Positions 1-12,721 of a stretch of DNA of 64,000 bases are shown piece after piece (within the stretch, counting starts at the first letter, position 1; each line of letters begins with the position of its first letter). The translations under genes and the position numbers were made by a program. The DNA is taken from positions 620,001 through 684,000 of the forward strand of contig CDPCPM010000247.1 in the NCBI GenBank assembly GCA_976551045.1. Direction: 5' to 3'. Source of the stretch: Glaucostegus cemiculus. Lineage: Eukaryota. The notes beneath the pieces are model-generated. The model worked only from the letters and a program-made list of their open reading frames with translations, did no database searches and had not been told where the DNA came from.

Positions 1-757
1 TATTTCTACAGTGTTTTCCTTGCAGCAGTGTTTTCCTTGCAGCCAAAATGTGATTAATTGGCACACTTCATTGTATTATCTCACTTGGTGGGGACAAAAC
101 AGGTTTATTTTGAACTTCATCCCACACAATATTCATGACAGAATAGTAATATTGCTCTTTGACCTCAGTTGTTACCTGCTTCCAGCCATGATGCCAGTTT
201 AGACCATGTTCATATCATGTTGGTGGGGCAGTGTCTAAACTGATATGAAAAACCTCCAGCAGGAAAAGCAAAGGAGCATCTTGGTGGGGAGGGAGGATGG
301 CTAAAGTTCTGCGGTGGGTTCTCTACTCTGCCACTAAGTTCCTGATTATTTCACTTCATACCTGTCCATGCCACATCAGTATCAGATGTGACTAGCAAAA
401 TCTTGATACATCTGACAATAAAAGACAATGGGAGCCATTATTGTGCCAAGTAACCCTATTTTGGACCATGGGTGACATAATGTGGCTATATACCAATATG
501 GCACACAGCAGAGAAATAGAGCATTAACTGGTGTAGGTTTCCCTGCAAGTTGTGCTCCTGCATCTCAGTGCTCTGGACAGTGGTTATAGTGCATATAAGC
601 AGCAAGCAAATAGTCCTCAATGTCACTGTCACCTTTTAGACAGCTGTATTAACCTAAACATCTAATTTCACTAGCTGAGAAAAGGAAGGGCAAGACCACA
701 AAAGAGAATGGGCACTTAAATGCCATCTTTTTGAAACTCCCACCTCACAGTACTTAC

Positions 758-1064
758 TTGAGCAGTGGCTGCGGTGCTGGGCTCTGTTGCTGTGGTGACA
801 CTGCTGCAGATCCTGGCTGAGAAAGTGCCTGGCCCTGAGAGGGCAGCCTGGCCTGCAGTGCAGAGAAAGCTCCCGGCTTGGATGACTGGTTAGGAGAGGT
901 ACCGGCAGATTTGATTTGTTTTGGAGAACCTGAAACTGGTGATTTATCCTGCTGGCTTGTGGCAGATTGAGGACTCTGAGACTGCTGCCCTGGTGGAGAA
1001 GGCCGTTGGTGAGGCGTCGTGTTGGAACGCTGTATCTGGGGACTCTGGGGCTGTCGTGGGCTTC
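758..1064 (-). CDS. SYN3: Synapsin III coding exon, Pro/Gln/Ser-rich domain J (last SYN3 exon visible; the terminal domain E exon should lie beyond position 1)
   Basis: Minus strand ttaaatgcag|GA AGC CCA CGA...CCA CTG CTC AA|gtaagta, 307 nt. Translates (G)SPRQPQSPQIQRSNTTPHQRPSPPGQQSQSPQS...GTSPNQSSKPG...PAPQPLL(N/K), collinear with human SYN3 GPRQAQSPQPQRS...SSPNQASKPG...PHLN as recalled. Phase 1 start matches the previous exon. Confidence 0.9.
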
Positions 1065-1951
1065 CTGCATTTAACAAAAATTGAGGTGGTGTGATTCCCT
1101 TCCTTTCTCTTATACCTTTCACACTATTGACTTTAAACTAATTTCCATTTTTCTGTGGTCTGGAATAAGACCACAGAATCCTCGGGCATTCTGAAACATG
1201 TTGGTTAGATTTTCCAAAGGCAAAAGAGAAACAGCAATTCATCATCAGATTATTATCATAACTGAAAAAATGCAACAAGCTCAGGTCTAGACTTTGCCCA
1301 AAGATGCCAGGAATATGCTGAGTCATTACATCAAGACCAGGCAAGGTACAACATATATGAATTATGGCTAACAGAATTCAGGGCACCTTTAATCAATGTA
1401 CAATCTGCAATGTGATTAATCATATAAAAATAAAATGGATGCCTTGAAGTCAGAAAAACACTGAGCCTCTATTAACCTTTTAACAAAGACTGGAGAAGGA
1501 TGTTTTTGAATGTATTTTCTCCTCATTCCATGGACATTTGGAGGCTGGTCAATGCCTCACCATTCTGCTGTGCAGAGGTTCGGCACTGGGAACCTCAGAG
1601 CGGGCAGACTACAATGACTTTCTCATCAGTTTCCTTTCCTGAATTAATGAAATTAATGCAACAAAGCCAACTGATTTCACACCCAATAGGAAGCACAGTC
1701 TCAAATCAGGTTGCATTCAGCAAAAGATGGGCCCTTTGACACACACCAATGGTTGGCTCTTCACAATGAACCATCTAACTAATAGTAATGATTACTCCAT
1801 TAGAGTTGTTGGCAGCTTAATGTCAACTGGAATGTCTGGAAAATCCCCTCTCTCTCCTTGGCAGCACCTGTTTGAAAATTATGTTCAACAAGAATTTATT
1901 AGATAGTTCCATGTACAGTAACACTACATTGTTGCCCGTGGTACTACCCAC

Positions 1952-2045
1952 CTTGAGGTGGTGGACGTGCTTGGGCTGTCTGCCCCCACTGGGAAATAGT
2001 TCCAGGTTGAGGATGCATCGGAGCTTTTGTTGATGGAAGCTGGAC
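1952..2045 (-). CDS. SYN3: Synapsin III coding exon (94 nt), start of the variable region
   Basis: tcctcaacag|GTC CAG CTT...CCA CCT CAA G|gtgggt. Translates VQLPSTKAPMHPQPGTISQWGQTAQARPPPQ-G, ending in the synapsin RPPPQG motif. Phase 0 in and phase 1 out fit both neighbours. Not in the ORF track; found by reading. Confidence 0.85.
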
Positions 2046-2994
2046 CTGTTGAGGATTTAAGAAATTAAGGTAAAAATACAAATATAAGAAACTGGAGTGA
2101 CAGTAAGCCATTTGATTCTTGATCCTGTTCTGCCACTCAGTTCTTTAATGCCTGGTATGATCTTGACTTCAACTCCATTTTCCCACATGAACCCTATAAC
2201 CCTTGGTTCCGAAATAATGCAATAGTATATAAATCTCAGCCTTGAGAACAAACTTAATATTCATTGTTCTTTAGATATGTTATTTTTTGTTTAAGAGCTT
2301 ACGTTTTGCCATGGGTGCAACATTTGAGAACACAATTTAAAATTAAATGCCATGGATTTCCATGGGGTCAGGAGGCTGGAGTAGATGACTCTACAAGAGT
2401 AAGTGGCCATTTCAGCACTCCTCGGTTAGCAGGTATTAGTCCTCCACAACGTTCCCATCTCCCTACAAATATCACAGAAATATTACAGCACAGAAGCATG
2501 TTTGGCCATCAAGTCCTCACTGTTTCTAAGCAAGACGACTCCAGATAATCCCACCACTCCACTTTCTCTTACTGGCCCTACAAATTCTTTTCTTTCAGGG
2601 TACAGACATATGAATTTGTCAGTAAAACACCTTCATGGAATTGCTATTCATTTGAGGAATCTTCACATGATCAGAAAATAGAACTAGCCCATTTAATCCA
2701 GTTTAGTGGTTCCTTAGGAGGAGGGATCAAACCGAGCTTTGACGTCTTTTGTGTGAGAGAGCTGAGAAATGAGAATGGACTTGTGTTCCTGATCACTTCC
2801 CTGAAACACTTGTTCGAATGTGTGCTGCACAGGATGTTCCACACTATTAACTGTATCGCTCACAGTTGTTCACAGGGTTAATATCTGATGGATGGACACC
2901 TGGATAAATTATGAAGAGCATTGCAAACCTTCCATGGAAACAAAGAATCAACATTAAATGGGGAATAGAGCTTCATGCTGGCTTCTTTGCTAAC

Positions 2995-3141
2995 CTGGCT
3001 CAGAGTCATTCCGGCTTGTTGCTGGGATACTGCAGGGTTATCTGATAGAAGCTGGTTCATTTTCCCTATGACCAGTTCTGCTATGAGCTGTCTGTCCTCC
3101 TCAATATATTCTCCAATGAGAGGCATAGCACTGTCCATTAC
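2995..3141 (-). CDS. SYN3: Synapsin III coding exon, end of domain C (147 nt)
   Basis: ctactgcag|GTA ATG GAC AGT...AGC CAG|gttagc. Translates VMDSAMPLIGEYIEEDRQLIAELVIGKMNQLLSDNPAVSQQQAGMTLSQ. Confidence 0.93.
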
Positions 3142-3439
3142 CTGCAGTAGAGGGCAGCAAAGAGACAGTAGTCAGCTTAGTAATCAAAGTACGTACACTA
3201 CCAAGAACCTTACACAGCACTGTGAAAGTTTAAAATCACATTCCTTATTCGTCATACTTTTAATATGATTTTAAATTTTTGAATTCTGGCAAATGACCCA
3301 CGTCACTCAAATTGATCCATGCTCCCAAATCATGACAAGAAACCATATGATAGAGTTCCAAATTTCTCTTACCAACTGTGGCTAAAAATGAGAACTCAGT
3401 GCATGGGATTCAGACCAAACATCCACATTTACACTCTCC

Positions 3440-3508
3440 TTTACTGTTGTTGCAATGTGTTGCAGACTTCATGTCATACGTCAGTGATAATAAATCTGAT
3501 TCTGATTA
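3440..3508 (+). mobile_element. Short 3' tail fragment of a non-LTR retroelement (Rex1/L2-type)
   Basis: Ends gtcagtgataataaatctgattctgatt, the same AATAAA + (ATTCTG)n tail type seen on the element ending at ~27267. Confidence 0.45.
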
Positions 3509-4473
3509 AAAGATGAGGGAACTCAAAAGGTTTGAGCTGGACCTGATGATTCAGGCCCATGAGTCTGCCTCCACCATCCACTCAGATCTTGCCTTAACTT
3601 TATTCCATCTATCACCACTTCAATATTCCTCGACTGACCTGAAACGCTAATTCTGTTTCTCTCTGCAGATGGTGATCTGCTGAGTATTTCCAGTATTCCT
3701 TGATACCATTACTAGTGACTAATAGGTGGGATTTTTTTGACACTATGGATCCCAGTACACTGCTGGCATTACTGCCAAGACCAGCAGGCTGCAAGTTGTG
3801 ACAAGACTGTGGGCACAGGACTGTAAGACCTTGGACTATCTTACTGCCTTCTGATAACCTGTGCTGTCAACAACTTTTCATTGCTCCAATGATGAGATCT
3901 TTGGAAACAGTTGGAAAAAATAACTGATGTTAAAGGAATTATTTTTTATATTCTGTAACATAAAACTGCTATTAATTCATGAAACTGGAGAAAGAAAAAT
4001 AAACAAGAAGCTTACCTAAATTTACCTTTCAAATAAAGGCCAGCAACTCAAGAATGGGACTGCCACATGATGAGTCCAGCATCAGTGTGCGATATCAGTT
4101 GCCTGTGCACCTGACCTCCAGCACGTTTCATTTTACAAGCACAAAATCAGGAGTAAGCCATTGTGCACATTGTAACTGCATGCTTGGGTTCACTGTGGAC
4201 CCACTGGCCAGCTGATAGTGTGTTTCCACCCTATCTCGCTCCTGAAAATGTCAATTAACCTAGCAACCACACAGGGAATGACAGTTCCAGATATTCTGGT
4301 GCTTCTGATTTTACTGCTGGCATTACCTCCAGCAAATGTCCCAACTATTAATTAAAGTGTGTGGCTCTTATGGAGCTTATGCCCAAGGTCGCCCAGTGTT
4401 ATGGTGTCAGAAATCCCCCCACCCAGTCTCCCTGTAGCTTAACAAGCTTCTTTTGTATCTTTCCAAGTTTCCA

Positions 4474-4578
4474 AGTTCCGATGAAGGGTCTTTGACCAGA
4501 AACATTAGCTTTGCTTCTCTTCCCGTAGATGTGGCCTGACCTGCTGAGTATTTCCAGCATTTTCTGATTTTATTTCAT
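4474..4578 (+). mobile_element. Penelope-like-derived short interspersed repeat
   Basis: ccgatgaagggtctttgaccagaaac...gatgtggcctgacctgctgagtatttccagcatttt. The same family recurs at ~3662, 12085(-), 14662, 17630, 18338, 24587, 41769 and 55415. Confidence 0.55.
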
Positions 4579-5859
4579 TAAAGTCTAGGGCGCATTGTTT
4601 TTCTGTACCTGCCCCTCCCATTGTATTAAATTCCTTTAAAATTCTAAACCCCAATTAAATCATCTCTCAGTCTCCTAATTTTAGAGAAGTACAAGCCAAA
4701 TGTATGCAACCTGGGCTTACAATTTAACCCTTTAGTTCCTGGAACAAGCCTGCTGAATTGCTCCGTGTGTGCTCAAAAGCCAAAATATCCTTCCTTTAGG
4801 TGAAGTATGACTGAGGTGCCGTGCCTCTGCGGTGTATCCTCGTCTCATTACATTCCAGATCACTTGAGATAAAGGCCAACATTCCATCAGCCTTTTTGAT
4901 TATTTTGGCTGAGTGATTTGTGTACACAGACAACTAAATCCCTTTGGTCTTCCACAGTTCCTAGTCTCTTGCCATTTAGAAAATATCCTGGTTTGTCATT
5001 GTTAGATTCAGAAATGGGGATCAACTCACACTGGCCAGCTCTGAGCTCCATTTGTCACTGTTCTATTCACAAACTAAGCTGCCTATGTTATTTTGCAATC
5101 TCTTGGTCCTATCTAGTCAAGTCTGCGTACTTTACGGTCTGTGTGTTGGCAAGGAAGTCATGACAAACTGTGGCTGAACACAAAATGTTCCAGTGACCTA
5201 TGAAAGGATCCTCTATTACCAAGCTCTGGCACCTCTGTAAATTGATGCACAACATTGCTTATCCTTGCAGTGTGGCAGAAAATTGGGTTTCTGGGGATGA
5301 TTTTATGACTGTTGTTTCTCAGAATGATTACTTGCTAAGTCCCACATTCACAGTGTACGTTGTGGTGTGGGGAGAATGCGCACGGAAATGGTCTGTTCCC
5401 ACCTGGCAGAAGATGCCTGCAGCCCCACAGCAGCCGGCAAATCCATCCCCATCCATCCCACCGGTCTCCAAACACTCGTTCATACAACATCCTGTAGGCT
5501 ATAATTTTGGGATAGATACCAGGAGTGGGAATTATAAAGTAATAATTTAATGTCAAAACTTTACTTGATGCTGAAATTCCACTGAAATCTCTCTGTCTCT
5601 GGAGAAAAGAGGGGGGCGACAAAGAAGGTGAATCTGCATTAAAAGCCTATGAAACTCATCCTGAGTAATCTCAATATAAAACAGTTGGTAGTGTGTGCTT
5701 TTGTAGGACATGCATAGTTTGTTTATGGTGTTCTGCAAATGCAGCTGGAACACCCCCGAGGTTTTTGAAGGGTCCGGTCCATGATATGGCTGCTGGAACC
5801 AGGATGCTAATACTAGGACAACTAGCAGAGCGGCCCTGGAACAAGGAATGGTGGCTGAA

Positions 5860-6127
5860 GAATGAGGGGAGAGGTCGGGTAGAGATGAAGAGGGGGGTTA
5901 GGGTTAGTGGGGAAAGAGGAAGAATGAGTCAGACAGCAAAGAGAAAGGAAAAGGGGGTGAGCGAGGAGAGAGAGGCAAGGGAGAGAAGGGGAGTCAGAAA
6001 AGGAGAAGGAGAGAGAGGAAGAGAGCAGGGGGCTGTGAGGAGGGGTGTGCTGAGGAGGAAAAGAACTAGGCAAGGCCTCTGAAGAGGGAAAGGATTGGTG
6101 AAGTGGGATGAGGAAGAACTGTGAGAG
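5860..6127 (+). repeat. Purine-rich (G/A) low-complexity tract running into the assembly gap
   Basis: Strongly G/A-biased plus strand (gagagagaggcaagggagagaaggggagtcagaaaaggagaagg...). Confidence 0.8.
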
Positions 6128-6477
6128 NNNNNNNNNNNNNNNNNNNNNNNNNNNNNNNNNNNNNNNNNNNNNNNNNNNNNNNNNNNNNNNNNNNNNNNNN
6201 NNNNNNNNNNNNNNNNNNNNNNNNNNNNNNNNNNNNNNNNNNNNNNNNNNNNNNNNNNNNNNNNNNNNNNNNNNNNNNNNNNNNNNNNNNNNNNNNNNNN
6301 NNNNNNNNNNNNNNNNNNNNNNNNNNNNNNNNNNNNNNNNNNNNNNNNNNNNNNNNNNNNNNNNNNNNNNNNNNNNNNNNNNNNNNNNNNNNNNNNNNNN
6401 NNNNNNNNNNNNNNNNNNNNNNNNNNNNNNNNNNNNNNNNNNNNNNNNNNNNNNNNNNNNNNNNNNNNNNNNNNNNN
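6128..6477. other. Assembly gap (350 N)
   Basis: Run of n characters inside a SYN3 intron. Exon phases on either side are compatible, so no coding exon needs to be hidden in it. Confidence 0.99.
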
Positions 6478-8940
6478 CTGTACTCTCGCCATTGGATTAT
6501 GACCTCATTCCGTCACATTCAAAGAAAACATTATAGGCATTTTCCAGAAGAAAAAATAGTAGCAGCTCTACCAATGCAATTTGTTTTTCCATTGATGCTA
6601 GCAACAACTTTCAACAGCAGTTACTCCCTTCCAGCTTGCTCCACGAAAGACTCACTCTTTAGCCCCCAAAAGAACAACATTCAGTACAAAATGTGTTAAC
6701 TCTTCCAAGACTTCAGCAGTAATGTAATCATTGCAAGTCATAATAGGCTGCATTTAATACTGAGCAAAGGAATGATGTGTTACATGCAGTGCTCACAATA
6801 ACTACCTAACTATTTAGGCAAATGGGGGTTACTGCCATCTATACAAATTTATAACAGCAATCGACTATCTTCAGTTACAAGCATAAAGGGCTGGGATTAG
6901 GAACAGCATCTGATTTATGCTAAGGCAAAACAGATAGTGGAAAAGCCTTAGTGGATGCCACCCTTGACATTCAAATGCCAACACTCATGGAGGTGGAAAC
7001 CATTCAGGGACAAGAACTGCATCTGCTTCTTTTCCCCAGTCATATAACATCCAAATTAATCACAGTTTCAGCCTCTGTCAAAGGTAAAAAGTTGGATTCT
7101 ATTAGAGAGGGATGCTTTGAGGTTTTTTTTTGTTTATGTTTGCTAATCCTGCCACAGGATGGCAGTCAAGGATTATTGTTCCCTGTGGAGCTCTGCTCTC
7201 ACACGGATTCATTGTCCACAGTCTCACTGCAGCACCTCCCTTTTTCTCCTCTTCTCATAAAGATAATCTGACAATGAGCTTAATGTTGGAGGGCATCATG
7301 CACAAAACCTGCTATGTTCTCATTGACATCTACATGGACCGAGAGGAACTAGATGTATTACAACATTACCGTTTGTGAATGCATTAGGCTGCCAGCACAG
7401 GAGGCTGATAACAACAGAAGACCATGATGCGGTCGGTGCAAGTATCAGGAACTTGGTTAAATATTGAGGAATACGACATTTAAGCAAATGAAGTGTTTAG
7501 AAAAGACAGAGAGAATAAATAAAGAAGGTGACTAGCTTTAAATTCAGGAACAACTGGCATGTATATATAATCAGTCCAGTAGACGATAAGAGCCACAGAA
7601 TAAATAGCTCTGGGTAATCATTGCCAGACTGAGACATTTCCAAATTTACATCTTGGAGTATGTTCACACAACCTCATGTTTTCATCAGATAGGTAACTCA
7701 TGTCTTTGAGACTACAGGTGTCACCCCCCCCCCCCTCAACTACGGAGGCAGGGGGAGAGTTTGTGTTCCTAGAAAATGGACTATATTGTGATTTTCCATA
7801 ACACAAAGCTGCGTCATCTGTGCATGCATCAAGAAATGCGAGTTGAAAAAAAAATTTTGTGTTGATTTATTTACTTTCTTTCACACAAATTCAGTGAACA
7901 AATTTTATTCCGTATCTCAAATTTTTGGATTGTGATTTGTGAATTCCTTACCGATAAATATCTGTAACCCAAATAGCCATAACATGGGGGTTCCCTGTAT
8001 GAGGAAACAGGAAGGGATGTGCATACAGGAGATTTCAACGTAAGATGTGAAGCTTAACTGGTGCAGAATCAAGGCTAGGTAAATGGACTCCACAATAATT
8101 TATTGATCTAAAGCAGCAAGGAAGCAACAAAGGGTGGTGCTCATATTGGCCTGGTATTAGCCAAGTTCTCAATGAAACTGCAGTTTGCTGGTATAAGGAA
8201 GAAGTCCAATGGCTCTCACGTTGATGGGAGCAGGAATACTGATCCAGGAGGAGGCCTCCAATCATATTTTTACATTTCTCCTGGCCTCACCAAGAAAATG
8301 TTTTCTTTGTGTTTTAGAGTCACCTCTACTCATCTCTTTTAAGGACTACTGGTCACCACCAGAGACAAACTAGAAAGTCACATGTCAAAATTGGATTTGG
8401 GGTTTTGGGGTATTTCCTGCACCAGGAAGATGCCATTTTGGCCTGCTCCTTTAGCGACAGCAGGCAATGATTAGACTGGGAATGGAATAATAACATTATT
8501 AATAATTTTAATAGCATTAGTATTGTCATTAGAATTAATTAGAATATTACGGCTGCACAGAGCAGGTAGACGCAGCTAAAATTGGTACCTAAAATAAAAT
8601 TAAGAGGTAACAGAGTGACCCTTCACAGTTAGCCTGGCAAAACTACAAACTAAATTAAAAAGAGCTTTAAACTGGCAATGAATTGTTATATTCCATTAAT
8701 AGAGTTGGCTTGCGTGAAATAAGCCACTGGTGTCACCCCAATTATAACTTAGATATTCACTGTTAAAATGGCCGCTCTTTTCTTGTACACTGTTGTAAAC
8801 GATCCTTAATTTTAATAATTTGCTTGTGAAACTTCCTGCCAGAAGATGGGCCCACACAAGATGAAAAGGTCTTTTTACCAAAATCAACATTCACAATGTG
8901 AAAATACATTATGAATTGAGATGTGGGCAATCCAACTAAC

Positions 8941-9043
8941 CTCAATGATGTAATCCTTCCCATCTTTCCCATGTACAGCTTTTACCGCGCAGATATCCAG
9001 GCCACCAAACATCTCAGAACAGGCATCCACCCACGTTCGATAG
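8941..9043 (-). CDS. SYN3: Synapsin III coding exon, domain C (103 nt)
   Basis: ctcttgcag|C TAT CGA ACG TGG...ATC ATT GAG|gttagt. Translates (R)[34 protein letters not shown]. Confidence 0.96.
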
Positions 9044-9189
9044 CTGCAAGAGAGTTTCCATTGAAAAGGCAGTTCCATTGAAACACTAGAGCCCTGACCA
9101 CTATCATGCATTCTCCCAGTGTGTTGCAGCATCTCTATATAAAGGAAATTTAATCCCCATTTCCACACATAGAATCTTGACAGCACTTT

Positions 9190-9490
9190 TGGGGCAGCAT
9201 GGTAGTGTAGCGGTTAGCGTAATGCTATTACAGCGCCAGCGACCCAGGTTCAATTCTGGATGCTGTCTGTAAGGAGTTTGTATGTTCTCCCCACGACTGT
9301 ATGGGTTTCCTCCGGGTGCTCCGATTTCCTCCCAATCCAAAACTGTACAGGTTAGGAGCTGTGGGCATGCTATGTTGGCACTGGAAGAGTGGTGACACTT
9401 GCGGGCTGCCCCAGCACATTCTCAGTAACGCAAAAAGACGCATTTCACTGTGTTTTTCGATGTACATGTGACCACTAAATAAATATCTTC
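9190..9490 (+). mobile_element. tRNA-derived V-SINE
   Basis: tRNA-like head (ggtagtgtagcggttagc...ggttcaattc, A/B box-like), V-core gggtttcctccgggtgctccgatttcctccca, and AT-rich tail. A closely similar copy lies at 33802-34083. Confidence 0.8.
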
Positions 9491-10647
9491 TGTTGTTCCT
9501 TGTTCTAATGTTTGTTGTGTTTTCCCTTGGGCAGGTTTGGAACAGGTGTTAAGTAAAATCATAAATCGAGATAATGAATTGCGGGTAGCATCCACTTGAC
9601 ATGAGCTCACTAAAGCTAAATATCACAACATCATTGTAAATAATTTCCACACAACATGAGTGTCTTTTCCCATAGGAATATGACTAAACCTCATGGTGGC
9701 TTTAATATCCTGGTAATGGGTCTGGCAACTAGACAGCACCAATCACCAGACTGTTTCAACAAAATGTTTCGGGCTGATCAAAGTTGTTGCAGTTGTATTG
9801 TTTCTACATTTGAGAGACTGTTTCTGGGCACTAGTCTTAGTTTCCACACTAGTTCCATACTGAGCTAATCTGACCAGAGGGATTACCAATTCAAAGCTGA
9901 TCTCATTCAGTCAGTCTTCCAATATAACTGGGATGCAGTGTTCCCCAACGGAGTATGTATTCAGTGGAAGCAGAAGGGAGTGTTCAGCTTGAGAGATGGA
10001 GTGGTACCTGTGACTCACGCAATTGGATACATCTGCCAATGCATTGGTGCCACTTTAAACAACAGATGTAAAGCTACATGTTGCTTTTTCATCCAAGTTA
10101 CTTTAAAGAGTTCTGAAGAATGACATCTTAGAGGCTTTCACTGTAAAGACTGCATTGTTGATTATTGATAGGTTATAAAAATGAGGCAAATTCCCTCTCC
10201 TGAATGAAAGCAGCATGCTTTTCTAGCCTTCTGCTCTGACTTGCTCCATTTAGATTGTGCATTTTTAGCTTATAAATAATTCTCTTGATTGTGATTATCC
10301 TGTGCAGTTCCCTGGAGGGCCATGATATGAAAATGCCCTACAAAATGAAAATTTACATGGAATGAGACAAACAAACCAGGAACCACCATTGCACCCTGTA
10401 TCCAACCCTGTAGGGCTTGGCTATTGTTGACAGGGTTCATGAAGCAATAACCTATTTTCAAAAAAGTAACATTATTAATCAGATTTCATGGAAAATATTT
10501 GTTAACTCAGGGAGGTTATATTAAATAAATAAGTCTGGGGAAAATGTTGTTAAAAGTTTTGCTCATGGGTTTAATCCTTTAACATTTTGTACAACGTTAA
10601 GTTCTTAATATTTTTCCTGGCCTGGTTTATGTGGTCTAAATTCTTAC

Positions 10648-10722
10648 CGTTCCGTCATGGCCACTTGTTCCAGCATAGCAGAGCCAGTATTTGCTTTCCA
10701 GTTTCCTGAAATTGAAGTCCTC
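10648..10722 (-). CDS. SYN3: Synapsin III coding exon, domain C (75 nt)
   Basis: attttcag|G AGG ACT TCA ATT TCA GGA AAC TGG AAA GCA AAT ACT...GAA CG|gtaaga. Translates [25 protein letters not shown]; KANTG and QVAMTER are SYN3-type, whereas SYN1/2 have KTNTG and QIAMSDR. Confidence 0.96.
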
Positions 10723-12199
10723 CTGAAAATGAGAAAAGTTACAATGAGAACATCACTTTTACGTTTGCAGCTGTATCCTAGAGGCAGAAGTAAAATAACT
10801 GCAAAAACAAATTGGTCACACACAAATTCCCTCTCTCACCTCATATCTGACATGAATAACGTAACTTTTCCTGATCTCATGTGTGAGCTGCTTTGGTGCT
10901 CTTGAGACAGTCACATTAAGGGCTATAATGGTTATATAGCATAGCTGTATATAACTCACCACTCACTCACTTATCCCAATGTTTCTACACTAGTGGCATA
11001 TTTGTAACTGGAAATGTACCATGGTGTGAAGTTCAGGTTTTAACATCCTACCACACAGTGGTCCCAATGAAACAAGTCAGTATGTTGTGTAGCAAGTTGT
11101 CTGCTATGTAAATGACTAACTAGACAGTCCCGTTTTCATTCTAAATTCTTACTAGTGACTCCAAAGAGAAACTTGCAAAATGGCTCAATATTGAACTTTC
11201 TGCGTCATAATCTAAAATATCAGTGGATGTTTCTCAGCTTATCTGCCAGGTGCACACTGGAATTCTAAGCAGCTAAAGATGATGTTAAACTAACCTCAGG
11301 TGTGGAAGGATTTGCTCCATTTCCAAATGTTCTCATAATCCTGTTACATTTTGGGAACCTAATAAACTGTTTGGAATTCTTTCAAATAGCTATCACTGTA
11401 TTAACTAATCAGATGCTAAAGTGTACTGCTTTGCAAGAGATATATTTTAGGTAAAGACAAAGATAAGCCTCCTTACTTATAAAGAAAATTTCAGCTGTGG
11501 TTGTCAGAAGGGCCCAGATTTACATCCAGAAACTCATTCATCCTTCTTTGTCACTGGTTGGTTATCTGATACACGGAGGTCAAGATCTTTTCAAACAACA
11601 GCTCATGAACACATTCCTTTTTTGCTACCTGCAGCTGGTGAAGTTTAATTATTTAAGCAGGATGAAGGACGAAGTAACTGAAGAGGTTCAGATAATACTG
11701 ACTCTTTTGAAGTTTTCTTCCAAAGATTGGCTGAGAGGATTGCCTTGGAAACATACCAACTTGATCATCTTGTTTTAGGATAAAGTAAAAGTACCTATTG
11801 TACAATATCCATTGAGCCCAGGCCTTATAAGAAAGATGACTTACTATTTTATCAATAGGCTTTTCCCCCTTGATTATAGGAAGACCCTGGATGCAATTCG
11901 GTACACTTTCAATATACAATCATTTCAGGAATTCAAAATGTGTTGAAAGCCATAATGTATTATCCTTTCTATTCTTCCTCCCATTTCAGCAGATTAAAAC
12001 ACCAAAACCATAATTAATTTTACCATTTTGAACATGCTTACTTAGGAACATAGAAATAGGAGGAGGAGTAAACTGAAAATAAAAGAAAACTGAAGATGCT
12101 GGAAATCTAAAATAAAAATAGAAAATGCTGGAAATACCCAACAGGTCAGGCCACTTCTGTGTACAGAGAAACAGAGTTAACAAATCAGCTCAAAGTCCT

Positions 12200-12545
12200 G
12201 TCATCAGGAGTAGGCTGTTAGGCCCTTTGAGCCTACTGTGCCATTCAATATTAACACAGTTGACCCTCCATCTCAATACCATACCTTGCTCTTTCTACAT
12301 ACTACTTGATGGCATTTTTGTCTTGAAGTCTATCCACCTCCTTCTTAAATATATTCAGTGACTTGGCCTCCATGACATTTTGTGGTCGAGAATTCCACAG
12401 GTTCACCTCCCTTTGAGTGAAGAAATTACTCCCATCACAATCCTAAATGCCTTATCCGGTATCCCGTGACTGTGACTCCTTTTCTAAACCTCCCATCCAG
12501 AGGAGACATTTTCCCTGCATCCACACTGCCGAGCCCTTGCCAGAT
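12200..12545 (-). mobile_element. CR1-type LINE 3' fragment
   Basis: aggagtaggctgttaggcccttt...agaattccacaggttcacctcc is the reverse of a typical CR1 3' end. It is adjacent to a Penelope-like fragment at ~12085-12180. Confidence 0.55.
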
Positions 12546-12578
12546 TTTTCTATGCTAGATAGAATGTCAGATCCTTAC

Positions 12579-12721
12579 ATGTACGCTTTATAATTGTTCC
12601 CAATCTTCTGAATTCTGATGTCGTACTTGGAATCAATGTAAGGTTCTGTGGTCGCATAAGTTTTTGCCAGGGCCACGACACTGGCTATATCCTGGAAGTC
12701 ATAATGATTTTCAACTTTTAC
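12579..12721 (-). CDS. SYN3: Synapsin III coding exon, domain C (143 nt)
   Basis: ttcttacag|GTA AAA GTT GAA...GCG TAC AT|gtaagg. Translates [48 protein letters not shown]. Confidence 0.96.

Noticed and set aside
654-1070. 138-aa overlapping ORF in another frame
   Set aside because: Shadow frame of the low-complexity SYN3 domain J exon, with no independent support.
1800-1951. Synapsin b-type alternative C-terminus by intron read-through or a nearby acceptor
   Set aside because: Read-through stops after two codons (GGT GGG TAG), and the nearby AG gives no peptide resembling known b-isoform tails.
5693-6699. Long ORFs around the gap
   Set aside because: Artefacts of the purine-rich low-complexity tract and the N run.
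9190-9265. tRNA gene
   Set aside because: The tRNA-like boxes are the head of a V-SINE and continue directly into the SINE core.
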